This document shows, piece after piece, positions 19,391 through 29,700 of a stretch of DNA of 64,000 nucleotides; the stretch's first letter is position 1, and each line of letters starts with the position of its first letter. Under the pieces are notes generated by a model. It searched no databases and was not told the origin of the DNA. It saw only the letters and a list, made by a program, of their open reading frames with translations. The DNA lies in contig JAZUCM010000102.1 of the NCBI GenBank assembly GCA_045639085.1, positions 3,178-67,177 of the forward strand, given 5' to 3'. Source of the stretch: Candidatus Gastranaerophilus bacterium. GTDB taxonomy: Bacteria > Cyanobacteriota > Vampirovibrionia > Gastranaerophilales > Gastranaerophilaceae. A program made the position numbers and the translations under genes.

Positions 19391-20758
19391 TTATGCGACG
19401 TGCGAAATAAGGAAGGTTGAAACGAGTCCGAAGTAAATTGCCAATCCTAAAACGTCGATTGTTGTTGCGATAATTGGGCCGGACGCGATTGCCGGATCAA
19501 TGTTCATTGATTTAAGTGCAAACGGAGTGAATGTACCGATTACGGTTGCCATTGTCATGTTAATTACCATTGCAACACCTACTATAATACCTAATTCGAT
19601 ATTGTGTTGCCACCCCCAAGTGGTTAATGTTACAAGAATTCCGAAAATTGTTCCAATCATAAGGCCTACGCCCATTTCTCTGAAAATATGATAAACCGCA
19701 GAGTTAAGCGTGACTTGGCCCGTTGAAAGTCCGCGCACCATAAGTGTAATACTTTGGGTCCCGATGTTCCCGCCAAGACCGGCCAAAAGTGGCATAAATA
19801 TTGCAATAACCGGCAAGGCCGCCAGTGTAGCGTTGAAGTGGTTTGCAACATTTACCGCAAGAAATTCACCAATTAGAGTGATAAATAACCAAGGCAATCT
19901 CGCAATGATAGCGTTTAAAACATTACCTGATAAAATCTGGTCTTCGTCGACGATTTCGGTCGAAATACCTGATGATTGGTAGATTTCTTCGGTTGTTTCT
20001 TCTTCAAACAAATCGTGTACGTCATCCCAAGTGACCATACCTTTTAGTCTGTTATATAAGTCAACAACAGGAAGTGCGTTATATTGGTATTTTAAAAACT
20101 CGTCAACTATGTAGTCGCTGTAATCATCTACGTGAAGTTTTACAATATCTCTTATCATAATATCGGCAACGGACTGTTGGGATGGAGTTGTAAGCAATTT
20201 TCTTAATGAAACAACGCCCAAAAGGTGGTTTTGTTTGTCCACAACATAGACGTAATAGAGTTCCATATTGTCTTTTTCTGCTTTAGTACGGATGGTGTTT
20301 AAGACATCGGCAACGGTCATGTCAAAAGTTACTGTCAACACTATTGGGTTCATAATCCCGCCGGCCGTGTCTTCGTTGTAGGTCAACAGTTCGCGGACTT
20401 CTTGTGAAAATTTATGAGGAAGTTTATCCAAATACGTTTCACTCTCATCTTCTTCCATATCGCCCAAAACGTCGGCCGCGGCGTCGTGAGGAAGTCTCGT
20501 GATGATTTTTGAGGCTACTTCTTCGTCAAGTTCGCCCAGTAATTCCACTTGCAACTGTGGGGATAAATATTCGATTAAATCAGCCGCTTTTTCCAAGCTA
20601 AGCAGTTTGAAGCACTGTAGGCGTTCTTCAAACTTCATCTGTGTAAAAATGTCGGCCAAATCCGCTTCGTGATAGCTGTCCAGCTCTTCACGTAAACATT
20701 CCACGGACTCGTCCGCAATTATTTCTCGTAATCTGTCTATAATGTTTGGAATATTCAT
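19391..20758 (-). CDS. mgtE: Magnesium transporter MgtE
   Basis: N-domain, tandem CBS region and a C-terminal 5-TM MgtE domain (GNIGTQS, PIIATTIDV). Start trimmed to MNIPNII. Confidence 0.9.
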   Translation of the reverse strand: MNIPNIIDRLREIIADESVECLREELDSYHEADLADIFTQMKFEERLQCFKLLSLEKAADLIEYLSPQLQVELLGELDEEVASKIITRLPHDAAADVLGDMEEDESETYLDKLPHKFSQEVRELLTYNEDTAGGIMNPIVLTVTFDMTVADVLNTIRTKAEKDNMELYYVYVVDKQNHLLGVVSLRKLLTTPSQQSVADIMIRDIVKLHVDDYSDYIVDEFLKYQYNALPVVDLYNRLKGMVTWDDVHDLFEEETTEEIYQSSGISTEIVDEDQILSGNVLNAIIARLPWLFITLIGEFLAVNVANHFNATLAALPVIAIFMPLLAGLGGNIGTQSITLMVRGLSTGQVTLNSAVYHIFREMGVGLMIGTIFGILVTLTTWGWQHNIELGIIVGVAMVINMTMATVIGTFTPFALKSMNIDPAIASGPIIATTIDVLGLAIYFGLVSTFLISHVA

Positions 20759-20810
20759 TAATAAAATTATATTACAAAAATGCAGATTTTGAAAGTCAAA
20801 ATTTAACACA

Positions 20811-20848
20811 TAAAAAAAGCGTATTCGGGGGGGGTGAATACGCTTTTA
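20811..20848 (-). terminator. Intrinsic terminator inside the mgtE 5' leader
   Basis: On the minus strand: aaaagcgtattc-acccccccc-gaatacgct followed by tttttta. It ends ~50 nt upstream of the mgtE start codon. Confidence 0.6.
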
Positions 20849-20941
20849 AGAAAGGAGGCGGAAACCAATTTCTTGGCTCCCGATATGAAAAAATTGCAAA
20901 TCTGCTGGAGGAAGCGTCCAGTTCAACAGACTTACTCTATC

Positions 20942-20970
20942 ATTATAACATGTTATGGTGTAATGTGCAA
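20942..20970 (-). promoter_or_regulatory. Sigma70-type promoter for the mgtE leader
   Basis: On the minus strand: TTGCAC, a 17-nt spacer, then TATAAT. It lies ~180 nt upstream of the mgtE ATG. Confidence 0.55.
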
Positions 20971-21133
20971 GCTGTATGCGGGTTTGTTCCTACGCTTGTA
21001 GAAGTTGATTTGGCTAAAACCCTTGATAACATTAGTAATATTTAACTTTATATTTTGTTACAATTTGACTTTGTTTGAGTTTTATATTCTACCGGGACTT
21101 GATTTTGGCTAAATTTTTCGTTAAAGTATAGTT

Positions 21134-21916
21134 ATGATTAGAAATTTATTGGTTATTTTATCGTTATTTATGTTGTTATTGACTGGGTGTGGTAAAAAAG
21201 AAGAACCATTGCCAGACGATTTGCAAGTCATAAAAGAGCGTGACAAGTTGGTGGTGGGCGTTCGTGATGATACAAAACCGTTCGGCTACCTTGATAAAGA
21301 TGGAAATCTAACCGGATTTGATATTGAGTTGGCCAAAATGATGGCTGAGCATATTTTGGGCGATTCTTCTAAAATTGAGTTTGTGGTTGTCAGTGCGGAC
21401 GATAGAATTTTGTTACTCAATACACAAAAAATTGATATGCTTGTCGCTACTATGACGATTACTCAACAGCGTTTACGTGTGGTTGATTTTTCTGAAACCT
21501 ATTATGTTGCAGGGCAAGCGGTCATGGTCAAGGCAAAATCACCGTATACTACGTTTAACGAGCTTGCAGACAAACGTTTAGTTGTTGTTTATGGAACAAC
21601 CGGGGAAAAATCTTTGCGTCATATTTATCCGACTGCAAAAATTATTGGTTTTAAAACGTATTCAGAAGCATTTGAGGCATTGAAAAATGACGATGCGGAT
21701 GCCATTGTTGCGGATGATACGGTGCTTTTAGGCTATGCATTGGATGATAAGTCCGTGCGCCTTTTGTCTAAGCGTTATTCGAGAGAACCTTATGCAATTG
21801 CGTTTAGGCAAGGTGCTCAGTCTCAATCTTTGCAGATGGTCGTGAATGAATACCTTAATTTCCTTCTTTCTACGGGTAAGTTGAAAAAATTGGCGCAAAA
21901 ATATAAATTATTGTAA
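21134..21916 (+). CDS. Amino-acid ABC transporter substrate-binding lipoprotein (family 3 SBP)
   Basis: Lipobox LLLTGCG is followed by the typical block KLVVGVRDDTKPFGYLDKDGNLTGFDIELAK. Confidence 0.85.
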   Translation: MIRNLLVILSLFMLLLTGCGKKEEPLPDDLQVIKERDKLVVGVRDDTKPFGYLDKDGNLTGFDIELAKMMAEHILGDSSKIEFVVVSADDRILLLNTQKIDMLVATMTITQQRLRVVDFSETYYVAGQAVMVKAKSPYTTFNELADKRLVVVYGTTGEKSLRHIYPTAKIIGFKTYSEAFEALKNDDADAIVADDTVLLGYALDDKSVRLLSKRYSREPYAIAFRQGAQSQSLQMVVNEYLNFLLSTGKLKKLAQKYKLL

Positions 21917-21955
21917 TGTTTTGTAATATTATTTTATATTCGCGCAAATTAAATT

Positions 21956-23554
21956 TTGTTTCGACTTAAAAAGTGTATGATTACCCCGTTATTAAGTAAT
22001 ACAATCAGCAGAAATCTTCAATTTGGGAATTCAAAGGTCAACATGGTTATCTTGAACGATATGCATGGCAGTACCTCAAACATTGATTCCTTTATAACAG
22101 GGCGTGATGAATTTTTCCACGAAAACAAAGAAGGTTCTAACTGGACTGTCAGTGGCGGGGATATGTTTATCAAAGGCGCTGCAAATAATGCGATTGTAGC
22201 GAGATTTATTGACAAATATGTTGACGTTTCAGCGGTTGGAAATCACGATATTGCTAATGCTAAAGATTTTAGTGAACTAGTTGAAAAACATGGCATTGCC
22301 CATAAGTTTTTAAGTGCGAATATGCAGGCAGATGATGGTTCGCCGCTTGACGGAAAAATCGCTCGTTCCGTAATTGTTGAGGATGATGGCGAAAGATTAG
22401 GGTTTATCGGTGTTTCGCCTTTGGATTTTGATTCACATATTTCGCGTAATGAAACGAACGATTTTGTTTCAATAAAAGATTTAAAATCAACCGTCCGCGC
22501 TATCAAAAAAGAGGTTAGAAGCCTTGAGGCCCAAGGGGTTGACAAGATTGTTCTTTTGGCTCATACCGGTCAATCCTCTGATGAGATTAAAGGTATTGAT
22601 TACTACAAGGTTTTTGCAAAAATTGGCGGAATAGATGTCATTGTTGGCGGGCATGATCATGTGATGGTTGATAAATGGGAAAAATCTTCTCGCAGAAGTG
22701 TTGAAAATCCCGATGAATTTGAGCCTGTAAAAGTCATTTCGACAGGTGCAGATGAATTGCATTATTTTGGCGGAAACCTTAATTTGTTCGGAACTATGAA
22801 TTTAACTTTTGATGACAAAGGGGTTTTGATTCCGCAAGAGTGCAAAAATGATATTCGTTACACTCATATTTATCCGACGACGAATTTTGTGTCCCAATTT
22901 ATTGATAAGCACGCCCGCAAAATTATAGGTGTCATAAACATGCCTATTGTAAACTTGTCTAATCCGCTTAGAACGGAAAATAAAGTTGCGAATTTCGTAG
23001 CCGATTCTGATTTTTGGTATGCGACCAAAAATTCAAAAATAGGTCCGAAACCTGATTTTGCGATGATTAATGCCGGAACTATTCGAGATGAGTTTTCGCA
23101 TGTCGAAATCTCTCGAAATAATATTCATCAAGTTTTACCGTTCAAGGAATCCTTGGTAAAAGCTGAATTAACTAAAAAACAGATATATGACGCGCTTTCG
23201 ATAGCCGCTGAATCCACTACTTTGAAAAAGCCGACTCCCGGCCTGATGCAAGTTTCGCATTTGACGTATAAAGTAAATCCTGATTATTCGGTCTCCCGGG
23301 TCAAAATTTTAGATGATGCGGGCAAGGTTCGTTACGATTTGGACAGGATGGATGATGATGAAACCTTTACTTGCGTAATGGATTCGTTCTTGATTTCCGG
23401 GCCAAATCTGTTGAAATGCCTTAAAACAGAGGCAATAGAGGATTACGGTGTGACTCGCGCCGAAGCTTTGGAACAGTATCTTTCCTCCGGCGAGCAAAAA
23501 GATGTCGTTTTAACAGACAGAATTTACTTGCCTTCGGCGAAGACCGTAAGTTGA
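21956..23554 (+). CDS. Bifunctional metallophosphatase/5'-nucleotidase (UshA-like)
   Basis: Calcineurin-like motifs NDMHG, GGDMF, GNHD and GGHDH, plus a C-terminal 5'-nucleotidase domain. The start is uncertain (21956 TTG, 21977 or 22043 ATG). I see no obvious signal peptide. Confidence 0.75.
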   Translation: MFRLKKCMITPLLSNTISRNLQFGNSKVNMVILNDMHGSTSNIDSFITGRDEFFHENKEGSNWTVSGGDMFIKGAANNAIVARFIDKYVDVSAVGNHDIANAKDFSELVEKHGIAHKFLSANMQADDGSPLDGKIARSVIVEDDGERLGFIGVSPLDFDSHISRNETNDFVSIKDLKSTVRAIKKEVRSLEAQGVDKIVLLAHTGQSSDEIKGIDYYKVFAKIGGIDVIVGGHDHVMVDKWEKSSRRSVENPDEFEPVKVISTGADELHYFGGNLNLFGTMNLTFDDKGVLIPQECKNDIRYTHIYPTTNFVSQFIDKHARKIIGVINMPIVNLSNPLRTENKVANFVADSDFWYATKNSKIGPKPDFAMINAGTIRDEFSHVEISRNNIHQVLPFKESLVKAELTKKQIYDALSIAAESTTLKKPTPGLMQVSHLTYKVNPDYSVSRVKILDDAGKVRYDLDRMDDDETFTCVMDSFLISGPNLLKCLKTEAIEDYGVTRAEALEQYLSSGEQKDVVLTDRIYLPSAKTVS

Positions 23555-23584
23555 TAGCATATTTCCTAAACGCTCAGTGTTTAT

Positions 23585-25345
23585 CTAGATCGAATTATCT
23601 GTTGTTGGCGCGTTTGATTCGGACTGCTTTTTCTTCTTTTTCCAGAATTTTTTGTCTTTATTTTCTTGGGCCTCTTTTTCGGCTTCTTCAGCTTCAATTT
23701 TCGCTTCTTCTGCCTCGTGGTCCATTTTTTCATAAAGCGCTTCTATTTTGTGGTAGTCCTTTTTGCTGGTCGGGAAACAGTGCCAGCCACTGAACATACA
23801 GTAATCTTCTAGTTCTTGTTTTGAGATTTTTCTTGCTATTCTGTTCCATTTCATATCCGTTTTGTCAAAATCTTCAGGGATTCTTGTGACGATAATGAAC
23901 TCGTCGTGTGGGTTTTCTTTGGATGTAAAATAGTCCATATCGGTGACAATTCGAACCTCTGCTTCATCGTGAGTGTAGAGAATAACCTCTGATGTCGCAT
24001 AAATTGGGAAGTTTTTGTCATTTTTTAGATATATAGGAAGTTTTGATTCCAAAAGCGGCTTCATGTGTGAGAAATTAAAGTGTGCAAAATATATGAAAGA
24101 CGCTATTGGTTTTGGGATGAAGTGAAGTGTCAAAGGCATTGAATACGCAACGTATAACAAGCCGAAGATGCAACTCCAGATTTTTGAATCCAGATTGACT
24201 ATCAGCCAGATAATTGCCATCGCCATAATCGGGTATCCGGCCATAACGTATCTCATATAATCCAAGTGGCCGATGAAGATTATTATATAACTCCAAATCG
24301 CTGCTAACAGTGCCGGCAATAGTAGGAAGTTATATTTTGTTTCTTTAAAACTTTTGAATTTTTTCCAATTCAAACCGGCCGCAAGTGCACCAAACACAAG
24401 TGTTGGACAGTAAAATAATGATTTATACATAAATCCATTGTTTTTCAAAAACCTGTCCCAAACTCGTTTCAGGTTGAATGGAGTGTCTTGTGGGAAATCT
24501 CCTGTGCCGATGAAGTTGAAAAAGCCCCAATACATTAACTTTGCAAGTATTAAATGACCGATGAATATTGACACCAGCGCTATCAGCCAGTCTGTTCTGC
24601 GCGCTTTCCAAGCTTTGTACAGAAGAAAACCGCCCAATAATGAGATATAAACTTCTGAGTAATAAGCCGAAAGTACAAACAGCGTCAGCCCAAGCGTGCA
24701 CAATGCCAACTGCCACCAGTTGTAAAGTTTTTCTTTATTCTCGATTGAATAGTAAACTCGTGTAAATATGTATGTTGCGAGAATGAAAAATATCGTTTGA
24801 AGCTCATATTCGCGCACGAACATCGTACAAGAGATTGCGCCTGCGTTGAGGAACGAAATCAACATCGCTAACGGGATATGCTTGTCTTCCTTTATGATAA
24901 ATCGTAAAAGTTTAAACATGACAAAATACGCAAATACCATTAGCGCAATATTGAAAAATATTCCGAATATTTTCATAAATGACGGGTTAAAATCGTCTAA
25001 TCCGGAGTTGTAAATTCTAAATAATGTATAATAAAAATTTGAGTGTCCGTCGTCTTTTGTCGAAACGTACATCATTTTTAGGTCTTTGCCAAGCGAATCC
25101 GGGTATGGCTTGAAGAAGATTTCTTTCAAAAACCGGCCTTTATATGGCGTGTTGGCTTTAAGTCGGAAATAGTTCCATTTCTTTTTGAAAACTTCTCCGC
25201 TATCGTTGAGGTTTGACGGAGTTGAAACGCTGTATGAAAACGGCTCGTCGCCAACTATATTACCGCCGAATAGTCCCCAATAAACTCTCACAAATACTGC
25301 AAAAAGCAGAACTAATAATACTAAAATTAATTTCTTTGTACTCAT
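23585..25345 (-). CDS. Polytopic membrane glycosyltransferase-like protein (GT39/ArnT-like) with charged C-terminal tail
   Basis: About 11 hydrophobic segments. The N-terminus (KLILVLLVLLFAVFVRVYWG...GDEPFSY) resembles PMT/ArnT-type enzymes. The C-terminal soluble part ends in an E/K-rich tail. Confidence 0.5.
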   Translation of the reverse strand: MSTKKLILVLLVLLFAVFVRVYWGLFGGNIVGDEPFSYSVSTPSNLNDSGEVFKKKWNYFRLKANTPYKGRFLKEIFFKPYPDSLGKDLKMMYVSTKDDGHSNFYYTLFRIYNSGLDDFNPSFMKIFGIFFNIALMVFAYFVMFKLLRFIIKEDKHIPLAMLISFLNAGAISCTMFVREYELQTIFFILATYIFTRVYYSIENKEKLYNWWQLALCTLGLTLFVLSAYYSEVYISLLGGFLLYKAWKARRTDWLIALVSIFIGHLILAKLMYWGFFNFIGTGDFPQDTPFNLKRVWDRFLKNNGFMYKSLFYCPTLVFGALAAGLNWKKFKSFKETKYNFLLLPALLAAIWSYIIIFIGHLDYMRYVMAGYPIMAMAIIWLIVNLDSKIWSCIFGLLYVAYSMPLTLHFIPKPIASFIYFAHFNFSHMKPLLESKLPIYLKNDKNFPIYATSEVILYTHDEAEVRIVTDMDYFTSKENPHDEFIIVTRIPEDFDKTDMKWNRIARKISKQELEDYCMFSGWHCFPTSKKDYHKIEALYEKMDHEAEEAKIEAEEAEKEAQENKDKKFWKKKKKQSESNAPTTDNSI

Positions 25346-25438
25346 AATACTAATATAATATCATAACTTAGCAAAGGCATGGTCGTAAAGTTTTGTAAAA
25401 TTTTTTTTGTCCCGTGTGGCTTGGATTATAATTGTTTT

Positions 25439-25972
25439 ATGAATAAAATTGAGTTAAGAAAGTATGCAAAAAAGTTTCGGCGCGAACTTGATATTGAGGC
25501 GCTAAGTGTTGAAATTGTTGAGCAAATATCTTTGTTGGAAGAGTTTCAAGCTGCCCAAAATGTATTGTTTTTTTATCCTAAGGGGGCGGAATTGAATATG
25601 TTGAGCTTGTGTACGACGGGCAAAAACTTCTATCTTCCGCGTGTTGAGGGTGAAACGTTATTTGTTTGTCCTTATGATTGTAATACGGAGTTGCGGCTTT
25701 CGGAGTTTAATGTTCAGGAACCTTGTAGCGCGCCTGTAGATGTTCAGTTGATTGATTTTGCAATAATTCCTTGTTTGATGGCGGATAAGAACGGGTTTCG
25801 TCTTGGGTACGGCGGGGGATTTTATGATAGATTTATTCCATCGTTGCGTGAGGATTGTGTTAAAGTTGTGCCTGTTGCGAGTAGTTTAGTATCAGAAAGT
25901 TTGCCGGTTGATGATTTTGATATTCCTGTAGATATGGTGATAACTGAAAAAGGCTTGGTTGGACGTTATTGA
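25439..25972 (+). CDS. 5-formyltetrahydrofolate cyclo-ligase
   Basis: MNKIELRKYAKKFRREL N-terminus, YLPRV block and the diagnostic GYGGGFYDRF motif. A TATAAT hexamer lies only ~9 nt upstream of the ATG with no SD. Confidence 0.8.
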   Translation: MNKIELRKYAKKFRRELDIEALSVEIVEQISLLEEFQAAQNVLFFYPKGAELNMLSLCTTGKNFYLPRVEGETLFVCPYDCNTELRLSEFNVQEPCSAPVDVQLIDFAIIPCLMADKNGFRLGYGGGFYDRFIPSLREDCVKVVPVASSLVSESLPVDDFDIPVDMVITEKGLVGRY

Positions 25973-26139
25973 TGATGTTTCCATAAAAAGAAAACGCCGC
26001 CCAAGGAGTCAAGAGGCGGCATTCGGGGTTGGTCTACCCGAAATATTTATCAGTAAAAGAGACATCAACAACAGTATGAAATATATTCAAAAAAAGTCAA
26101 ATAAATTGGCGAACTTTTTTTTTCATGTATAATGTTGCT

Positions 26140-26769
26140 ATGAAGAGAACGTTTTTAGTATTATTATTTGTATTTTTTGCGTTGCCGAGTATAGCAATTG
26201 ATATGAAATTAGAGAATTTTTTCACTGACCAGCGTCAAGAGGTTTCATCGTACGAGAATGAAACCCAAGAGGCTCGCGCGTTTTATGCGCAAAACAATCT
26301 TGAAGAGGCTATGAATGTGTTGGTAAGCATTCCGGCCGAATCCAGAAGTGCTGAAAATTGGTTGTTAATGGGCAATATTCAACAAGATAAGGGCAATATT
26401 AAAGATGCTATTTTTATGTTTGAAAGTGCATTGATGGCAGATGCTAAATTTTATAAAGCGTATTACAATTTGGCAGTTGTGTATTTTGATGAAGAAAAAT
26501 ATTCTTTGGCGCTCGAAAATCTTTTAAAAGCAAAAAAGTATAAAAATGATTTGCCTATAATCTACTACAATTTGGGTTGTACTTATTTGAAATTGGGTGA
26601 ATTTAAAAAGGCAAAGAATGAGTTTTTGTATGCAATTGAGCTCAAAAACACTGAACCTGATTATTACTACAATCTTGCGTTAGTCTACAAAAAATTAAAT
26701 AATGAAAAAAAGGCTAATTATTATTTGGATTTTTACAACCGTCTTAATCAATCCATTCAAAAGATTTAA
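26140..26769 (+). CDS. Secreted TPR-repeat protein
   Basis: Signal-peptide-like N-terminus (MKRTFLVLLFVFFALPSIA) followed by several TPR-like repeats (AxxxxGNxxxxxGNxxxAIxxFExAL, YYNLAxVY). Confidence 0.7.
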   Translation: MKRTFLVLLFVFFALPSIAIDMKLENFFTDQRQEVSSYENETQEARAFYAQNNLEEAMNVLVSIPAESRSAENWLLMGNIQQDKGNIKDAIFMFESALMADAKFYKAYYNLAVVYFDEEKYSLALENLLKAKKYKNDLPIIYYNLGCTYLKLGEFKKAKNEFLYAIELKNTEPDYYYNLALVYKKLNNEKKANYYLDFYNRLNQSIQKI

Positions 26770-29700
26770 CGAAGTTTTCGCCGTTTATGTCACCGTTGAT
26801 GATTGCACGGAAAAATTTGTAGATGTTATTTCTGTCGTTTGAGTTTGGAATTTTTGCGATGTCGGTGGCAAATTCTGTTGTAGATTCGTTTTTTATGCCC
26901 GGAATTGTCTTTAATAGAGTGTTTAGCGAAAGATTTTTTACTTTGTTAAAGACTGTGGTTATGTTTTTTGATAAACTGCCAAAGATTTGGAAATCAGCGA
27001 TTGCGGTGGAGAGGTTGTATTTGCCTGTGATGTAAAGATTTAAGTCTTTGCCGCTTGAATATATGTTGATTTTTTCTGCAGTTCCTTCGTTGAGGGTGAA
27101 TGTTCCTGCAATGGTTTTGAATTCCCCGGATTTAAGAGGAGATAATAGGTCTATGAGGCCGTTAATTGTAAGCCCTGTAAGTCCATTGCTTAATAGGTTT
27201 CCAGCTTTTAAAAGATACTCGAGAGAGCCGAGTTTTGGCATTTTCCCGTTTTGAATTGTGAAGTTTCCATCGCCACTGAGGCTTGCAAGACAGGTTTTGT
27301 CGTTTTGGGCGTTGCAGGTCAGATTCATTTTTCCGTTGGCGAGTCCGTAAATTTGGCCTGTAATGTCGAAAAGAGTTTCTGCGATTAGGGCTGCGTTAGC
27401 GCGATCAAGAATAAGGTTGAGTGTTGCGTTGTTGTTATTGTAATTGTGGGTCGCGACGCCGTAAACTCTGCCTTCTGCCAGGTCGAAATTGAAGTTTTTA
27501 ACTTTCATTATTTTATCTTGGCCGATTTCGACGTTGCTGTTGAAGTTTGTTGCCGTAATATTGTCGATGAGAATAGTGTCGGCTAAGATGGATGAGTTGT
27601 GTATTATAAAGTTTGTGTAATCAAGCGGCAATGCGTTGTTTGTTGTGGTGTGCATTTTAAAGTTCGTTTCTTCGATATGTCGAAATTTTTCATTAATTTT
27701 GTTCAGATCGAGTTTGGAGACGTGCACTTTCATGTTTTCGATTTGAAGTGGAAGAGAAAGGTCGTTTTTCAGCGTTGCGTCAAGTTTGATTTTATTCGTA
27801 ATAAGATCGCCGCTAGAGGTCATGTTGATTGTTTGCGGAGCAAAGTCGAGGTTTATATTGTTTATATTTGTTTCAACCAGTGGGATATTGATGTCGGTGA
27901 TGTTTAATTTTCCAAGAACGTTCGGTTTTATGGATGAGCCGTTTAGGACTAAGTCAGATGTGAAAAATCCTTCTTTCATGAACGGTTTGCGGAAAATTAT
28001 GTTGAAAATCTTGGCATCAACCGGCATTAGCGATTTTATTTTAAGATTATTAAAACCGATTACGTTGTCGGGTGAATACGTCATTGCACCGTCAATATGA
28101 AGAAGCGGAACTGTTGTTTCATTATTATCCAAGGAAGGAATTAGTTTATCGTAATTGAAATGGTTAATTTTTAAGTTGTTGTTGTGTAAAGTTATGTTTG
28201 ATGTAAGTTTTACGGAATTTGATTTGTCGCCTAAGGTTGCTCCCATATAGTAAATTGAGGCATCTTTTGCTAAAAGAAGATTTGATTTTATGTGGGCGTT
28301 TTTTGTATTACCTTGAATTTCCGCGTTAAGCGTGAGGTCACCTTTAACTTTTATCGGATAGAGTGCGTTTTGATTGAAACAGGAATTGAAAACTTCTTGG
28401 TTAGGTTTTGAGTTGAGAGTGAAGTGATAATGCGGCAATTCTTTGTTGTGGAATAGAACTTTGCCGTTTAAAAGGAGGGGCATATCAAAAAATCTTGCGT
28501 TAATATTTTCGGTTGAAACCTGGTTGTTGCGAATCGAAACTTTACCGCTCAAGATTTCGTGGATGTGTTTGTTTTCTTGGAGTTTAATGTTTTTCAGGTT
28601 GAAGTTGGCATTTAGGTTGTTGTTTTGGATATTTGAAGAAAGATTTATTTGGCCTGAAAGCTTTTCAATTTTTGAAACTAATGGGTTTAAGAGTTGAATG
28701 TTTTTGAGCGTTGCAAGATTTATTAATTCGAGATTGAAGTCTTTTAGGTTGAATTTTCCGCTGATAATTGGTTTTTCACTAAACAGATTCGTTATTATTG
28801 CGTCGGTTTCCAGATTTATGTCTTTTGTGTTTAATTTTATTGGGGTAAATTTAAGGGTTGAATTTGTGAATTCGTAGTTTGATTTTTGAAGTGCAGAGTT
28901 TGTGTTTGAATAAATAGAACCGTAAAGTTCAAGATTTTCAGGTTGAATTTTATCGATTGCGCCTTTGTATTTGGCTGTGAAATTTGTGTAAATTGAGGGT
29001 AAAAGGTTTAATATTTCGTTTGAATTTATTAGTGTCAGAATGTTGCGTTGAATATTGAGCGGTAGAGTGGAAATACCGTCAAGTATGCGGAAAGCTTTGG
29101 TTTTTACTAAAAGATTTGCGCTGGAATCTTTGATTTTGCCTTCTATTGTAACTTTTGATTTGTTGATTAGGGCATAAAGATTCATTAATATATCTTGGTT
29201 GTCCAGGGCGATTGTGCCGAAAATGTTTGAGATTTCTTGAGGGATGTTTTGGTGTTTAAGGGTTACTGCTTTGAGATCAATTTGGCCTCTGGTAAAGATG
29301 TTTTTGTTAAATTCAATTTCGCGAATGTTATTTAGTTGACCGTAAATGTTTAAATCAAGATCCCCAAGTCCTTTTATTTTTTCAATTTGTTCTAAATAAT
29401 TGTTTAAATCTGCTAAAAGGGTGTTGCCTTTTATGTCATTTAGTAATTTTGTTAAATTTTGATCTTTTGATGTGGCTGTAAAATTGAATGCGCCTTGGAG
29501 AGTGCAAGAGCCTTCAACGTTGAGAGGTTTGCCGTTAAGAGTTGCGGATGTTGTTTGGAAATGAGTATCTGTATCGTTGAAGGTGAGTGTGCCTCCGCCA
29601 TTTTTTATAATTAAATTAGGCATGTCATTAAAATATACTTCAGCATTGTTGAAATTTAGAGCGCCTCTAATATGAGGATCTGCGACATTTCCGTTGATGT

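Noticed and set aside
20849-20941. Canonical M-box (ykoK) riboswitch assignment for the mgtE leader
   Set aside because: The segment between the predicted TSS and the terminator is only ~90 nt, and I could not align it to the M-box consensus from memory. I therefore report it only as an unclassified leader/attenuator.
20746-21045. 99-aa plus-strand ORF in the mgtE upstream region
   Set aside because: The region is better explained as the minus-strand promoter, leader and terminator of mgtE. The ORF has no SD and an odd composition, with GGG codons coming from the terminator-loop G-run.
25973-26124. Tandem short hairpins after the MTHFS gene as a terminator
   Set aside because: The stems are only 6 bp (gccgcc/ggcggc and ttcggg/cccgaa) with large loops and no T-run. 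That is too weak to call.
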